NCBI GenBank assembly: GCA_963776545.1
Contig: CAVZND010000011.1
Location: forward strand, 99,487-163,486
Reading direction: 5' to 3'
Source: an uncultured Chloroflexia bacterium
GTDB lineage: Bacteria > Chloroflexota > Limnocylindria > Limnocylindrales > CSP1-4
DNA: 64,000 bases
Part shown: in pieces, positions 1 to 9,408 of the stretch
Position numbering within the stretch: the stretch's first letter is position 1
Layout of the letters: every line of letters starts with the position of its first letter
Position numbers and translations under genes: made by a program
The notes under the pieces: model-generated
Databases searched by the model: none
What the model saw: the letters and a program-made list of their open reading frames with translations, nothing else
Told to the model about the DNA's origin: nothing

Positions 1-80
1 AGAACGACATCGCGTCATGACGCGGTGGCTGCGGATTCCCAGACTCGTTGGCCACGGGATCACAAGAGCGGTTGGGATAA

Positions 81-269
81 ATGCGGCAATCAACGGTTCC
101 GAAGAAGGGTGCGCCCGCTCGGCATCGGATCGTCCGATCCCTGCTGCTCGTGGGGATGATCCTCGGCGCACTGGCGGCTGGCTGCACGCCGAGCGACCCG
201 CGATTGGACGACTCGGACGTATTCGGATCCCCTTCTCCGTCCGCCGCGGCTCCGTCCGCGACGCCCTAG
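81..269 (+). CDS. small putative lipoprotein (62 aa)
   Basis: Lipoprotein-type signal (LLLVGMILGALAAGC, lipobox LAAGC). Third codon positions are mostly G/C, better than the overlapping 5' part of ORF 17..964. The mature part is very short, so this is tentative. Confidence 0.35.
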   Translation: MRQSTVPKKGAPARHRIVRSLLLVGMILGALAAGCTPSDPRLDDSDVFGSPSPSAAAPSATP

Positions 270-358
270 AAGATCGCCGACGGACGATCCGGGAGGCTGA
301 CATTTCCACGTCGCCGCTGTCGCGAATCGCAGGGCCACTCGCAGTCGTCGCGGGCGCC

Positions 359-964
359 TTGGTCGTGGCGACCCGGCTCCCGACCATCCTTCTAGTTCTT
401 GGCGATGACGACCTGACGGCGTACGTCCTTGGCCCGACACACGCGATCACCAGCGTCGCCTCGATCGTGGCGTTCGGATCGCTTGTGCTCGCCCTCGTCG
501 CCATCTACGATCACGAGGCACGAGATGCGGGCTGGTTCGGCCTGATCGGCTTCGCGGCCGCGTTGATGGGCACGATCTTCATGGCCGGGGACTGGTGGTA
601 CGAGGCGTTCGCGGTGCCTCGGATCGCCGAGGTCGTTCCCGAGGTGATCACCACCTTCGTGGGGGGCCGCCTGCTCATGGGCGGCCTCGCGAGCTTCGTT
701 CTGTTCGGTGTCGGCTGGGTCCTGTTCGGAGCCGCCAGCCTGCGAGCCCACGTGTTTCCAGCAGCCATCTCTGCCGCGATCCTTCTCGGCGGCCTCCTGT
801 CGGGGATCCCCATCGGCCTTGCCTACCTGAGCGGTGGCGTCATCCTGGGTCTCGCCATCGGCTGGCTCGGCGTCTGGCTCATTCGTGCGACCATCCCCGC
901 GAGCGAGGTCCTTGAGCCCGGCGCGACTGGATCGCCGCCGGGTCTGGCGGGGGGTCGGACCTGA
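359..964 (+). CDS. integral membrane protein, function unknown
   Basis: 3' two-thirds of ORF 17..964 is a multi-TM protein with good GC3. The start is uncertain: ATG 17 overlaps the lipoprotein ORF, ATT 302 lies 5 nt after GGGAGG (291-296), and TTG 359 / GTG 365 are the first canonical in-frame starts after that. Confidence 0.6.
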   Translation: MVVATRLPTILLVLGDDDLTAYVLGPTHAITSVASIVAFGSLVLALVAIYDHEARDAGWFGLIGFAAALMGTIFMAGDWWYEAFAVPRIAEVVPEVITTFVGGRLLMGGLASFVLFGVGWVLFGAASLRAHVFPAAISAAILLGGLLSGIPIGLAYLSGGVILGLAIGWLGVWLIRATIPASEVLEPGATGSPPGLAGGRT

Positions 965-1014
965 TCTCGACGACGGCAGGGCTGATCCGGCGCTACCCGC
1001 TGAGCGCGTACGTC

Positions 1015-1776
1015 GTGTTGGCGTACCTGTTCTCGATCACGCTCGGACTTCTTCTCTACGTCTCAGTCCTGTTCGGCCTGATCGCGCTCTTCGGGCCGGC
1101 CGCGGCGGCCTTCCTCGTGGCACGCATCTGGCGGGGCCGGGCCGGTGTCGGCGAACTGTGGGCGGTGACGAGCCGCTGGCGAGTCCATCCGCGCTGGTAC
1201 ATCGCCGCGCTGGCGTTGCCGATCGTGGGGACCGCCATCGGCCACGTGCTTTACGTTCTCGCGGGCCATGCGGCTCGCCCAGTGCCGGGCACGGTCGAAC
1301 CGATCCTGTTCGTGCTGTTCTTCCTGGTCATCGGCGAGGAGATCGGCTGGCGCGGATTCCTGCTGCGTGGCCTGCTGACCCGGCAGTCACCGCTCGTGGC
1401 GACCCTGGTCGTCGCCACCGTGTGGACGATGTGGCACAGCCCGCTGTACTTCATCCCCGGGATGCCGTTCAACGGACGCCCGTTCTGGGCCTTTGCGCTC
1501 TGGGTGTTCACGTTCTCGTTCCTTCTGACCTGGCTGTGGCTGGGGACCCGAAGCGCTTGGCTGGCAGCGATCATGCATGGCGCTGGGAACCTCGCCGCAT
1601 CGCTTGTGTTTCCGGTCGCGCTGGCTGAAGTTGCGGATCTGTACGTCTTCAGCGCCATCGGCTTCGCGATCGTCGCGATCCCACTGGTCCTCGCGTCTTG
1701 GTCGCGGTGGACCAGGGTTGAGAGCCAGGACCCGGACGCTTCATCCGATGCCGTCCCTGCAGCCCCGCCCGCCTAG
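1015..1776 (+). CDS. CPBP family intramembrane glutamic endopeptidase (CAAX protease-like)
   Basis: Motifs GEEIGWRGFL (EExxxR), WHSPLY (FxxxH-like) and HGAGN (HxxxN). Family-typical N-terminal sequence (GLIRRYPLSAYVVLAYLFS) continues upstream of GTG 1015 with no ATG/GTG/TTG, so a CTG start at 961 (CTGA overlap with the upstream stop) is possible. Confidence 0.85.
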   Translation: MLAYLFSITLGLLLYVSVLFGLIALFGPAAAAFLVARIWRGRAGVGELWAVTSRWRVHPRWYIAALALPIVGTAIGHVLYVLAGHAARPVPGTVEPILFVLFFLVIGEEIGWRGFLLRGLLTRQSPLVATLVVATVWTMWHSPLYFIPGMPFNGRPFWAFALWVFTFSFLLTWLWLGTRSAWLAAIMHGAGNLAASLVFPVALAEVADLYVFSAIGFAIVAIPLVLASWSRWTRVESQDPDASSDAVPAAPPA

Positions 1777-1832
1777 CAGTCGATCGCTCCGCATGCGAGT
1801 CGAGCCAGGTCCGGCCGAGCTGCTGGCGCGCC

Positions 1833-3572
1833 TCAGCGCCTGACGCGGAAGGTCGTCGCGTCGACCTTCTTGGACAGGAGCTTCTTGCCGCCGACGGTGT
1901 AGATGCGGATCGTCACGTGGTACTTTCCGAGGCGGCGCGCCGAGGAGACGTAGAAGGTCGGCTTGAAGGCGCGCGTCACGCCGGCCTTGAACGAGCGAGC
2001 GTCGTAGGCCTTGCGGAAGACCCGCTTGCCCTTCGGGTCGTAGATGCGGACATCGACCATGGCCTTGGTCGCGCGCGACGCCTTGACTCGGACCGTCAGC
2101 GTCACCGAGTGCTTGCGGTGGACCGTGGTCGGCTTGGCCGATGCGCTGCGCGACCAGGCGACGGGTGGGTTCGGGGGCGGGTTGGCGATCGGCGGTGCCG
2201 GGGTCCCGGCCACGAGGCTCAGGCCGCCCGACGCGTAGTACGCCCGGGCTCGCTCGCGGAAGTAGCCGCCGTCGTCATCGGCCGAGGTCGCGACCCGGCT
2301 GTTGCCATTGATCGCGGCCGGGTTGGTGACGCCATCCCCCCGGGCATCGCACGCGCACGTCGTCCCGTCGGCACCGCCGCCGAACAACAGGGCGATGACG
2401 CCCGCGTCGCGCCAGAGCGCCAGATGCGTCCCGCCCGGGTCCTCGAGGAACCACTCGGCCCGGTTGTCCTGGTAGTGACCCCAGGTGTTGTCGAGGGAGC
2501 GCATCTTCGTGTTGCCGAGCGGGATCTGCCAGACGACGACCCGGTGCCCGGTGCCGGCCACGTACCCCTTGATGAACCGGGCGTACCGGACGAAGTCGGC
2601 GTCGTCCCAGCGTGACGCGCCGCCGTCGCCGTACACGAGCTCCTTGAAGGCGGCGTCGCGATCGGCGATGTCGGTGAAGGTCAGGTCGAAGTCCGCGCCG
2701 AGCGACTGGTAGAAGTCGGCGGCCCGGCCGGCCAGCTCGTCGACCTGGGGGTCGGGGCTGTTCGAGTAGGCGATATCCCACATCGTGCCCCAGACCGACA
2801 GGTGGTAGGCCAGCAGGACGTTGGGCGCCAGCTGATCGCGCAGGCGGACGACCGCGCGGGCGAACCCGGCCGCGGTGTTCGGCAGGCCGGCGAGCGCCGG
2901 GTCGCCCGAGCTCGCGACCGACGCCGGGACCGTCGCGGCGTCGTCGCCGGTCGCGGCCTGCTGGATGTAGCCCCACAGGTCGGGCTCGACGTGGAGGACC
3001 ACTGTCGTGCTGCCGGCCGCCCGCTGGAAGAAGAGCCGCAGGTCGGCGTACAGGGCGGCCATCGTCGAGGCGTTGGCCAAGTTGGAGAGGTCCCGTGCCT
3101 TCTCGTCCGCGCCACTCGACGGCGTGGACTGCAGGAGCATGTAGTACGGGAAGACCGGGGTCATGCCGTGATCGGCCGAGTCCTGGACGTACCAGCTCAC
3201 GAACTGGCCATCGGTGTTCCACGTCGCCCAGCCGTCGCCCGTGTTGGCGCCACCGGCGAGGTACTGGTAGCGGAACTCGAAGCTTGCCGACGCGCGGAGC
3301 GCCGCGGCGCCGCCGGGGGCATCGGCCAGGCCGAGCTCGAGCCGCGTCGATGGCCACGCCGCGGGCGGGCTCGGCAACGTCGCGGCGCGCACGGGCGCGG
3401 CCGGGACCGTCAGCAGTCCGGCAGCCACCAATATGGCCACGACCAGCAGGCTCGGGAAGCGTCGGATGGAGGTGCCTCTCAACGTCGCGACATCGTCGCC
3501 GACCGGACGGGCGCCGTCACTCCCTCGCTCGTCCCGAACCCGGCCGTACCAAGGGGTGTGCGTCCGGGCCAC
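1833..3572 (-). CDS. secreted protein, possible glycoside-hydrolase-like catalytic domain plus C-terminal beta-sandwich domain
   Basis: N-terminal signal peptide (RRFPSLLVVAILVAAGLLTVPAAPVRA) and a long well-coded ORF with basic C-terminal repeats (KxxVxVRIYD... HVTIRIYT). The functional call is weak. The start may lie downstream of 3572. Confidence 0.7.
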   Translation of the reverse strand: MARTHTPWYGRVRDERGSDGARPVGDDVATLRGTSIRRFPSLLVVAILVAAGLLTVPAAPVRAATLPSPPAAWPSTRLELGLADAPGGAAALRASASFEFRYQYLAGGANTGDGWATWNTDGQFVSWYVQDSADHGMTPVFPYYMLLQSTPSSGADEKARDLSNLANASTMAALYADLRLFFQRAAGSTTVVLHVEPDLWGYIQQAATGDDAATVPASVASSGDPALAGLPNTAAGFARAVVRLRDQLAPNVLLAYHLSVWGTMWDIAYSNSPDPQVDELAGRAADFYQSLGADFDLTFTDIADRDAAFKELVYGDGGASRWDDADFVRYARFIKGYVAGTGHRVVVWQIPLGNTKMRSLDNTWGHYQDNRAEWFLEDPGGTHLALWRDAGVIALLFGGGADGTTCACDARGDGVTNPAAINGNSRVATSADDDGGYFRERARAYYASGGLSLVAGTPAPPIANPPPNPPVAWSRSASAKPTTVHRKHSVTLTVRVKASRATKAMVDVRIYDPKGKRVFRKAYDARSFKAGVTRAFKPTFYVSSARRLGKYHVTIRIYTVGGKKLLSKKVDATTFRVRR

Positions 3573-3617
3573 GGCGGCGCAACGGCAGGGTCGGCGACGC
3601 TGCTACGCTCGGCATCG

Positions 3618-4775
3618 ATGAGCGATCTTGCGCTTGACCGTGGCTCGCCCCCGGTCTACGACGCCCTCGACGCGGCGACCCGGGCCGTGGCCGGCGTGCT
3701 CTCGGTCGACGAGGTGCTCCAGGTCATCGTCGACCAGGTCCGCCCCCTGGTCGGGGCGCGCTACGCCGCCCTGGGGATCGTCGACGAGCACGGCATCGTC
3801 GAGCGATTCATCACGAGCGGCATCAGCGACGAGGTCCGCGCCAGCATCGGCCCGATCCCTCGCGGCCACGGCCTGGTCGGCCTGATCATCGAGGAGAACC
3901 GGGCGTTCCGGATCGACGACATCAACGTCGACCCGCGGCGCCATGGCTTCCCGCCGAACCACCCGCCGATGACGACGTTCCTCGGGGTGCCGATCACGGT
4001 GAAGGGGCGGTCGGTCGGCAATCTCTACCTGACCGACAAGGACGGCGGGAGCCCGTTCACCGAAGCGGACCAGGAGATCGTCGAGTTCTTCGCCCGACAC
4101 GCCGGGATCGCCATCGACAACGCCCGGCTGCACGAGTTGGTCATGAGCCTCGCGGTCATCGAGGAACGCGAGCGCATCAGCAAGGACCTGCACGACGGGA
4201 TCATCCAGAGCCTCTACGCGGTCGGCCTGTCGCTCGAGGACGTCCCCGACCTCATGGACGAGGACCCGGCCGAGGTGGTTCGCCGCGTCGAGCGGGCGAT
4301 CGACAACCTGCACATCGCGATCGGCGACATCCGGAACTTCATCTTCGGCCTGCGGCCGGATCTCCTCGGCGGCGTATCGCTCATCGTGGGTCTCGCGGCA
4401 CTGGTGGACGAGTTCCGGCACAACACGTTGATCGACATCGAGCTGGCGGGCGGTGGGCTCGAGCCCGAGCCGCCGGCCGAGGTGACGGCGCACCTGCTCG
4501 GGATCGTCAACGAGGCGCTGAGCAACGTGGCGCGCCATGCGGCGGCGTCGCGGGCCTGGGTCGATGCATCGAGCGGCCCCGACGGGAGCGTGGTGCTCCG
4601 AGTGCGCGACAATGGGCGCGGCTTCGATGCCTCGATCGGCGCGCCACTGGGTCACCAGGGACTCGCCAACATGCGATCTCGGGCCGCTGGGATCGATGCG
4701 ACCCTCGAGGTCGCGAGCGAACCCGGATCGGGAACGACCATCTCCATCACACTGCCCCGAACGAACCAGCCATGA
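3618..4775 (+). CDS. GAF domain-containing sensor histidine kinase (HisKA_3 / NarL-partner type, DevS/DosS-like)
   Basis: ATG at 3618 inside ORF 2802..4775; the upstream part of that ORF is antisense to the previous gene. GAF region present (RFITSGISD...GHGLVGLIIEE...FLGVPI), H-box ERERISKDLHDGIIQSLY, N-box NVARHA, G-boxes DNGRGF and GHQGLANMRSRA. Confidence 0.9.
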   Translation: MSDLALDRGSPPVYDALDAATRAVAGVLSVDEVLQVIVDQVRPLVGARYAALGIVDEHGIVERFITSGISDEVRASIGPIPRGHGLVGLIIEENRAFRIDDINVDPRRHGFPPNHPPMTTFLGVPITVKGRSVGNLYLTDKDGGSPFTEADQEIVEFFARHAGIAIDNARLHELVMSLAVIEERERISKDLHDGIIQSLYAVGLSLEDVPDLMDEDPAEVVRRVERAIDNLHIAIGDIRNFIFGLRPDLLGGVSLIVGLAALVDEFRHNTLIDIELAGGGLEPEPPAEVTAHLLGIVNEALSNVARHAAASRAWVDASSGPDGSVVLRVRDNGRGFDASIGAPLGHQGLANMRSRAAGIDATLEVASEPGSGTTISITLPRTNQP

Positions 4776-4788
4776 GGGACCCCCGGCG

Positions 4789-5463
4789 ATGACTTCCGAG
4801 CCGACCGCCCCGCGGACGCTGACCGTCGTCGTGGTGGACGACCACGAGGTCGTCCGCCAGGGCCTGGTCGCGATGCTCGATCGGCGCCCGGGCTTCCAGG
4901 TGGTCGGCGAGGCCGGGACCGTGGCCGAGGCCCTCGAGGTCACGACCCGATTCCAGCCCGACCTGGTGGTGATGGACGTGCGGCTGCCCGACGGATCGGG
5001 GATCGAGGCCTGCCGGGAGATCCGCGCCAGCCTGCCGGCGACGCGCGTCATGATGCTCACGAGCTACCCGGACGAGGAGGCCGTCCTCGCGGCGATCGTC
5101 GCCGGCGCCAGCGGCTACCTCCTCAAGCAGGTCCGGGCCCGCGACCTGGTGGCGGCCCTCGAAGCCGTCGGGCGCGGCGAGTCACTCCTCGACCCGGCCG
5201 TGACCGGCAAGGTCCTCGAGCGGATGCGCCGGATCGCCACCTCGGACCAACCGGACGAGCTGGCCGCCCTCACCCAGCAGGAGCGCAAGATCCTGGCCCT
5301 CGTCGCGGACGGCATGACGAACAAGGAGATCGCGGCGGAGATCTTCCTCTCCGACAAGACCGTGAAGAACTACGTCAGCTCGATCCTCGCCAAGCTGAAC
5401 CTGGAGCGGCGCGCCCAGGCGGCGGCCTTCGTCGCCCGCCTCAAGACGCATCCCGGCGACTGA
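4789..5463 (+). CDS. NarL/FixJ (LuxR-type) response regulator, DevR/DosR-like
   Basis: ATG 4789, 14 nt after the kinase stop. Receiver domain (VVVVDDHEVVRQGL...DLVVMDVRLPDGSG...MLTSY) and LuxR HTH (LTQQERKILALVADGMTNKEIAAEIFLSDKTVKNYVSSILAKL). Confidence 0.92.
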   Translation: MTSEPTAPRTLTVVVVDDHEVVRQGLVAMLDRRPGFQVVGEAGTVAEALEVTTRFQPDLVVMDVRLPDGSGIEACREIRASLPATRVMMLTSYPDEEAVLAAIVAGASGYLLKQVRARDLVAALEAVGRGESLLDPAVTGKVLERMRRIATSDQPDELAALTQQERKILALVADGMTNKEIAAEIFLSDKTVKNYVSSILAKLNLERRAQAAAFVARLKTHPGD

Positions 5464-5466
5464 CCG

Positions 5467-5970
5467 TCAGGTCGCGACCGGGACGGCCTGCAGCGTCGTG
5501 GCGATGGCCTGGGCCCACTCGGCGATCTCGTCCCACGGCCGGAAGTCACCGTAGGGCGCCCGCACGCCGGCCACGACGAGCTTCTCGCCGAAGCCCAGTT
5601 CGCTCTTGTCGAGACGTCCCGGGAACACCCGGTGCTCGAGCGCATGCGTCGTGCCTTCGATGGTGGCGACGTTGACCGGGTCGCCGGCGGGCTTCGGTGG
5701 CACGCCGAGCGGCCCGCTCGAGAAGAGCCAGACGGGGTGCTTCGGCAGCTCCTCGGCGAATCGATCGACGAACGCGGTGGCCGGTTCGAGCCATCGGCCC
5801 ATGTAGACCGCGCTGCCGAGGACGACCGCCCCGTAGCCGACGAGCGAGGTGACCTCCTCGGGCGGGAGGACGTCAGCCTCGATCTGCGCCTCCGCAAGGA
5901 CGCGGCCGATGGTGTGCGCGATGTCGGTGGTCGACCCGTGTCGTGAAGCCGCGCTGACCAGGACTCTCAT
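5467..5970 (-). CDS. flavodoxin domain-containing protein
   Basis: MRVLVSAASRHGSTTDIAHTI... and GAVVLGSAVYMGRW are typical of flavodoxin-like (HemG-type) proteins. Its ATG overlaps the USP stop (ATGA at 5967-5970). Confidence 0.85.
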   Translation of the reverse strand: MRVLVSAASRHGSTTDIAHTIGRVLAEAQIEADVLPPEEVTSLVGYGAVVLGSAVYMGRWLEPATAFVDRFAEELPKHPVWLFSSGPLGVPPKPAGDPVNVATIEGTTHALEHRVFPGRLDKSELGFGEKLVVAGVRAPYGDFRPWDEIAEWAQAIATTLQAVPVAT

Positions 5971-6899
5971 CGATGCGCTCCTTTCGATCCCGCCTCGGTC
6001 GTCACGTGCTCGGCGCGCACGATCAGGACGGACATAGGTGCGTGGTGCAGGATCTTGCGAGCGATGCTGCCGAGCAGGAACCGCTTGACGAGGCCGTGGC
6101 CACGCATCCCCACGACGATGACGTCCGCACCCCAGGCCATGGCCTCGGCGACGATGGCGGCGGCCGGATCGCCCTCCCGAACCACGGCATCGGCGACGAG
6201 GCCGTCGGCGGCCAGGCGGGCTGCGGCCGCGTCGGCCAGTTCATGACCGTGCCGGCTGGCCTCCGCCTGGACGGACACGTACGCCTGCGTGGACACCACC
6301 GCGTCCACCGGCGTGATGCCGAGCCACCAACCGGCCGGGACGTCGATGACCGTCGCGACGCGGACGGTCGCGCCGCCCCACAGTCGGGAGGTGGCCAGGA
6401 AGTCGAGCGCGAGCTGGGCGTCCGGTGAGCCGTCCGCACCGGCGAGGACCCGCCCGGAGGCGCTGTGTCGCGCGACCAGGACCGGGCACGGTGCCAGGTC
6501 GACGACCTCGGCCGACACCGAACCGACGAGCAGTCGCTCGATGGTCCCGTGACCTCGCGCGCCAAGGATGATCAGGTCCACGTGCTCGGCCGTCGCCGAG
6601 CGGACGATCTCGGAAGCCGGTCGGCCCTCGAGGAGCCGCGTGCTGACGACGAGCCCGTCGCGCTTGATGGCCGCAGCGGCCCGCACGAGACCGGCGCGGA
6701 GCTCGGCCTCCAACCGGTCGCGGACCTCGGACGATTGGGCATACGCCGCCGCCGGCCAGGGGCCCCCGAACAGCTCGACGTCGATCGGGATGACGCTGAC
6801 GATCTCGACCTCGGAGCCCTCGGGCCACGCCAGCGATCCGGCCGCCGTGACGGCGAGGTTCGATGCGTCGGATCCGTCGATCGCAAGCAGGGCTTTCAT
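5967..6899 (-). CDS. universal stress protein, tandem Usp domains
   Basis: Two Usp modules (MKALLAIDGSDAS...DLIILGARGHG...VLVAR and ...DVIVVGMRGHGLVKRFLLGSIARKILHHAPMSVLIVR). Confidence 0.9.
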   Translation of the reverse strand: MKALLAIDGSDASNLAVTAAGSLAWPEGSEVEIVSVIPIDVELFGGPWPAAAYAQSSEVRDRLEAELRAGLVRAAAAIKRDGLVVSTRLLEGRPASEIVRSATAEHVDLIILGARGHGTIERLLVGSVSAEVVDLAPCPVLVARHSASGRVLAGADGSPDAQLALDFLATSRLWGGATVRVATVIDVPAGWWLGITPVDAVVSTQAYVSVQAEASRHGHELADAAAARLAADGLVADAVVREGDPAAAIVAEAMAWGADVIVVGMRGHGLVKRFLLGSIARKILHHAPMSVLIVRAEHVTTEAGSKGAHR

Positions 6900-6950
6900 G
6901 GACGCCCTCCTTCAGGTTGATGGTCGCCCGACGCGACGGACCGGGCATCT

Positions 6951-6979
6951 GCCACACGGACCGTCCCCGCATGACCTGC
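6951..6979 (+). promoter_or_regulatory. candidate regulator-binding motif GCCACACGGACCG-N8-TGACC (copy 1)
   Basis: A 13-nt exact match plus TGACC at identical spacing to 10742..10770. Lies in the divergent USP / multicopper-oxidase intergenic region. Confidence 0.3.
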
Positions 6980-7117
6980 GGCCCGAGCGGGCTGGCGACT
7001 CGGACGGCGAGGCTCGGGCCCGGCCGGGTGTCGTTGCGTCAGTTGCCGGTCGGCCTGACACGAACGGGCCGACCGGCAGGTGGACCACGCGGGTCGCGTC
7101 CGGGGATACTCCGCGCC

Positions 7118-8392
7118 ATGGATATGCAGCCCGCCCCCGAAACCGTCGACCCCCAGCTCACCGTGCCGCTCGACCGGGCCATGACCCGCCGCGGCCTCCT
7201 GCGCGCCGGTGCCCTGACCGGCGGCGGCCTGGTGGCCGCGACGATCGCCGCGTGTGCCCCACCGGCCGCGAGTTCCTCATGGATCTACGGCACGACCACG
7301 AACCCGCCGGCCACGCCCACCCCGCCAGCCACCGTGGCACCGTCGGCGTCCGTCGCCCCGTCGCATGACGCGTCGCACGAGCCGAGCCCGTCGGCCTCGG
7401 CCGCTCCATCAGCGTCGCCGCCACCGGTCGACCACGATGCGATGGCGAAGGCGGCCGTCGACCAATTCCTGGGCGGCGAGGCGACCCAGGTCGAGGGCTA
7501 CGGGAACCAGCCGCTCGAGCCGCGGATCGAGGGCGGCGTGAAGGTCTTCGAGCTCACCGTCGAGGAGATGGACCATCGGATCGATGCGACGAAGGATCCG
7601 GTCAAGGCACTGGGCTTCAACGGGACGTGGCCGGGGCCGCGCTTGACGGTCACCGAGGGCGACCGGGTCCGAGCCATCTTCAAGAACAACATGCACGAGT
7701 CGACCGGCATCCACTTCCACGGCCAGCGGGTGCCGAACGCGATGGACGGCGTGCCGCACATCACCCAGGCACCGATCGAGCCCGGGGCCAGCTTCACCTA
7801 CGAATTCGAGGCCAGGGTGCCCGGCTCACACATGTACCACTCGCACCACAACGCGACCGACCAGGTGGGACGCGGGCTGCTCGGCGCGTTCATCGTCCAA
7901 CCGAAGGACCCTGGACAGCGCTACGACCGGCTGTACGGCGCGACCCAGGACATCGTCTGGATCAGCAACGACGCACTGGGCGGGTTCACGATCAACGGGC
8001 GCGGTTTCCCGGCGACGGCGCCGATCGTGGCCACGCTCGGCGAGAACATCGTCATCCGCTTCATGAACGAGGGCAACATGATGCATCCGTGGCACCTCCA
8101 CGGGATGCCGATGCGGGTCGTCGCGCGCGACGGCTACCCCCTCGGGTCGGCCGCGTTCACCTGCGACACGCTCGGCGTCAACCCCGGCGAGCGCTGGGAT
8201 GTCGTCATCGCCTGCGAAGAGCCGGGCGCCTGGGCGTTCCATTGCCACATCCTCCAGCACGTCGAGGGCCAGGACGGGATGTTCGGGATGGTGACCGCGC
8301 TGGTGGTCCAGGACGCGGCTGCCGCCGTGCCCCTGGAGCTCGCGGCCGCTCAGGCACCGGCCCTGGTCTGCGCGATCCCGGCGCGGATCTGA
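7118..8392 (+). CDS. multicopper oxidase, Tat-exported lipoprotein-like
   Basis: Twin-arginine signal (MTRRGLLRAGALTGGGLVAATIAAC). Copper motifs GIHFHG, HMYHSHH, HPWHLHG and WAFHCHILQHVEGQDGMFG. ATG 7118 chosen; ATG 7181 is an alternative. Confidence 0.9.
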   Translation: MDMQPAPETVDPQLTVPLDRAMTRRGLLRAGALTGGGLVAATIAACAPPAASSSWIYGTTTNPPATPTPPATVAPSASVAPSHDASHEPSPSASAAPSASPPPVDHDAMAKAAVDQFLGGEATQVEGYGNQPLEPRIEGGVKVFELTVEEMDHRIDATKDPVKALGFNGTWPGPRLTVTEGDRVRAIFKNNMHESTGIHFHGQRVPNAMDGVPHITQAPIEPGASFTYEFEARVPGSHMYHSHHNATDQVGRGLLGAFIVQPKDPGQRYDRLYGATQDIVWISNDALGGFTINGRGFPATAPIVATLGENIVIRFMNEGNMMHPWHLHGMPMRVVARDGYPLGSAAFTCDTLGVNPGERWDVVIACEEPGAWAFHCHILQHVEGQDGMFGMVTALVVQDAAAAVPLELAAAQAPALVCAIPARI

Positions 8393-8398
8393 TCCGCC

Positions 8399-8416
8399 GA
8401 CCGGCCGGCGCCGGTC
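8399..8416. terminator. short GC hairpin between convergent genes
   Basis: GACCGGC-cggc-GCCGGTC between the multicopper oxidase stop and the ldh stop. No U-tract. Confidence 0.3.
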
Positions 8417-9392
8417 AGTCCGTCGGCTCGCCGGTGTCCGACTCGCCGGCGGCCTGGTCGATGGCGGCGCGGACGACCGCGGCCGAGCGGCGAAGGCCCT
8501 CGAGCTCGGCGTCGTCGAGCGCCAGCGGGAGGATGCGTTCGATGCCGCCCCGACCGACCACCGTCGGCAGGCTCAGGCAGACGTCCGAGATGCCGAAGGG
8601 CCCGTCGATCAGGCTCGAGACCGACAGCACGGTGGCCTGGTCGCGCAGGATCGCCTCGGTGATGCGAACGAGGCCCGAGGCGACGGCGTAGTAGGTCGCG
8701 CCCTTCGCCTCGATGATGTGATAGGCCGCATCGCGGGTCCGCGCGTGGATGTCCTCGAGATCGGCTTGCGGGTAGGGTTCGCCCAACGCGTCGAAGTACT
8801 CGCGCAGGCGCGTCCCGGCGATGTTGGCCGACGACCAGACCGGGACCTCGCTGTCGCCGTGTTCGCCGATCATGAAGGCGTGGACGCTCCGGGCGTCGAT
8901 CCCGAATCGATCGGCCAGGAGGAACCTGAACCGGGCCGTGTCGAGGATCGTGCCGGATCCGAGGACCTGGCGCGGCGGCAGGCCCGAGGCGCGCAAGGCG
9001 ACATAGGTGAGGACGTCGACCGGGTTCGACGCGATCACGAAGATCGCGGACGGCGCCATGGCGGCCACGCGCGGCGCCACGTCACGCACGACCGCCGCAT
9101 TGCGCCGGGCGAGGTCGAGGCGTGATTGACCCGGCCGCTGTCCGGCGCCGGCCGCCATGACGACGACGCTGGCGCCCTCGACATCCGGCCAGTCGCCGGC
9201 GCGGACCCGCGTCGGCCGCTCGAACGGCACCGCGTGGCTGAGATCCATCGCCTCGCCATCGGCCCTCGCCCTGGCCGCGTCGATCAGCACGATCTCCGTC
9301 GCCAGGCCGGAACGGATCAGGCCGTAGGCGAACGTAGCCCCGACGTTGCCGGCGCCGATGACCACGACCTTGGCCGAGCGAGGACCGTCCAC
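8415..9392 (-). CDS. ldh: L-lactate dehydrogenase
   Basis: VVVIGAGNVGATFAYGL NAD-binding fold, IGEHGDSEVPVWS, and overall LDH/MDH layout. GTG start at 9392. Confidence 0.9.
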   Translation of the reverse strand: MDGPRSAKVVVIGAGNVGATFAYGLIRSGLATEIVLIDAARARADGEAMDLSHAVPFERPTRVRAGDWPDVEGASVVVMAAGAGQRPGQSRLDLARRNAAVVRDVAPRVAAMAPSAIFVIASNPVDVLTYVALRASGLPPRQVLGSGTILDTARFRFLLADRFGIDARSVHAFMIGEHGDSEVPVWSSANIAGTRLREYFDALGEPYPQADLEDIHARTRDAAYHIIEAKGATYYAVASGLVRITEAILRDQATVLSVSSLIDGPFGISDVCLSLPTVVGRGGIERILPLALDDAELEGLRRSAAVVRAAIDQAAGESDTGEPTD

Positions 9393-9408
9393 CCGGTCAG
9401 GGTAGTCG

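Noticed and set aside
2802-3617. 272-aa N-terminal extension of the histidine kinase ORF
   Set aside because: It overlaps the minus-strand secreted-protein gene in antisense and has no domain content. The kinase starts at ATG 3618, ahead of the GAF domain.
6940-6970. DosR-box-like palindrome GGACCGTCC upstream of the USP gene
   Set aside because: The half-site spacing does not match the mycobacterial DosR consensus (GGGACT-WW-AGTCCC). It is kept only as part of the shared 13-mer finding, not as a DosR box.
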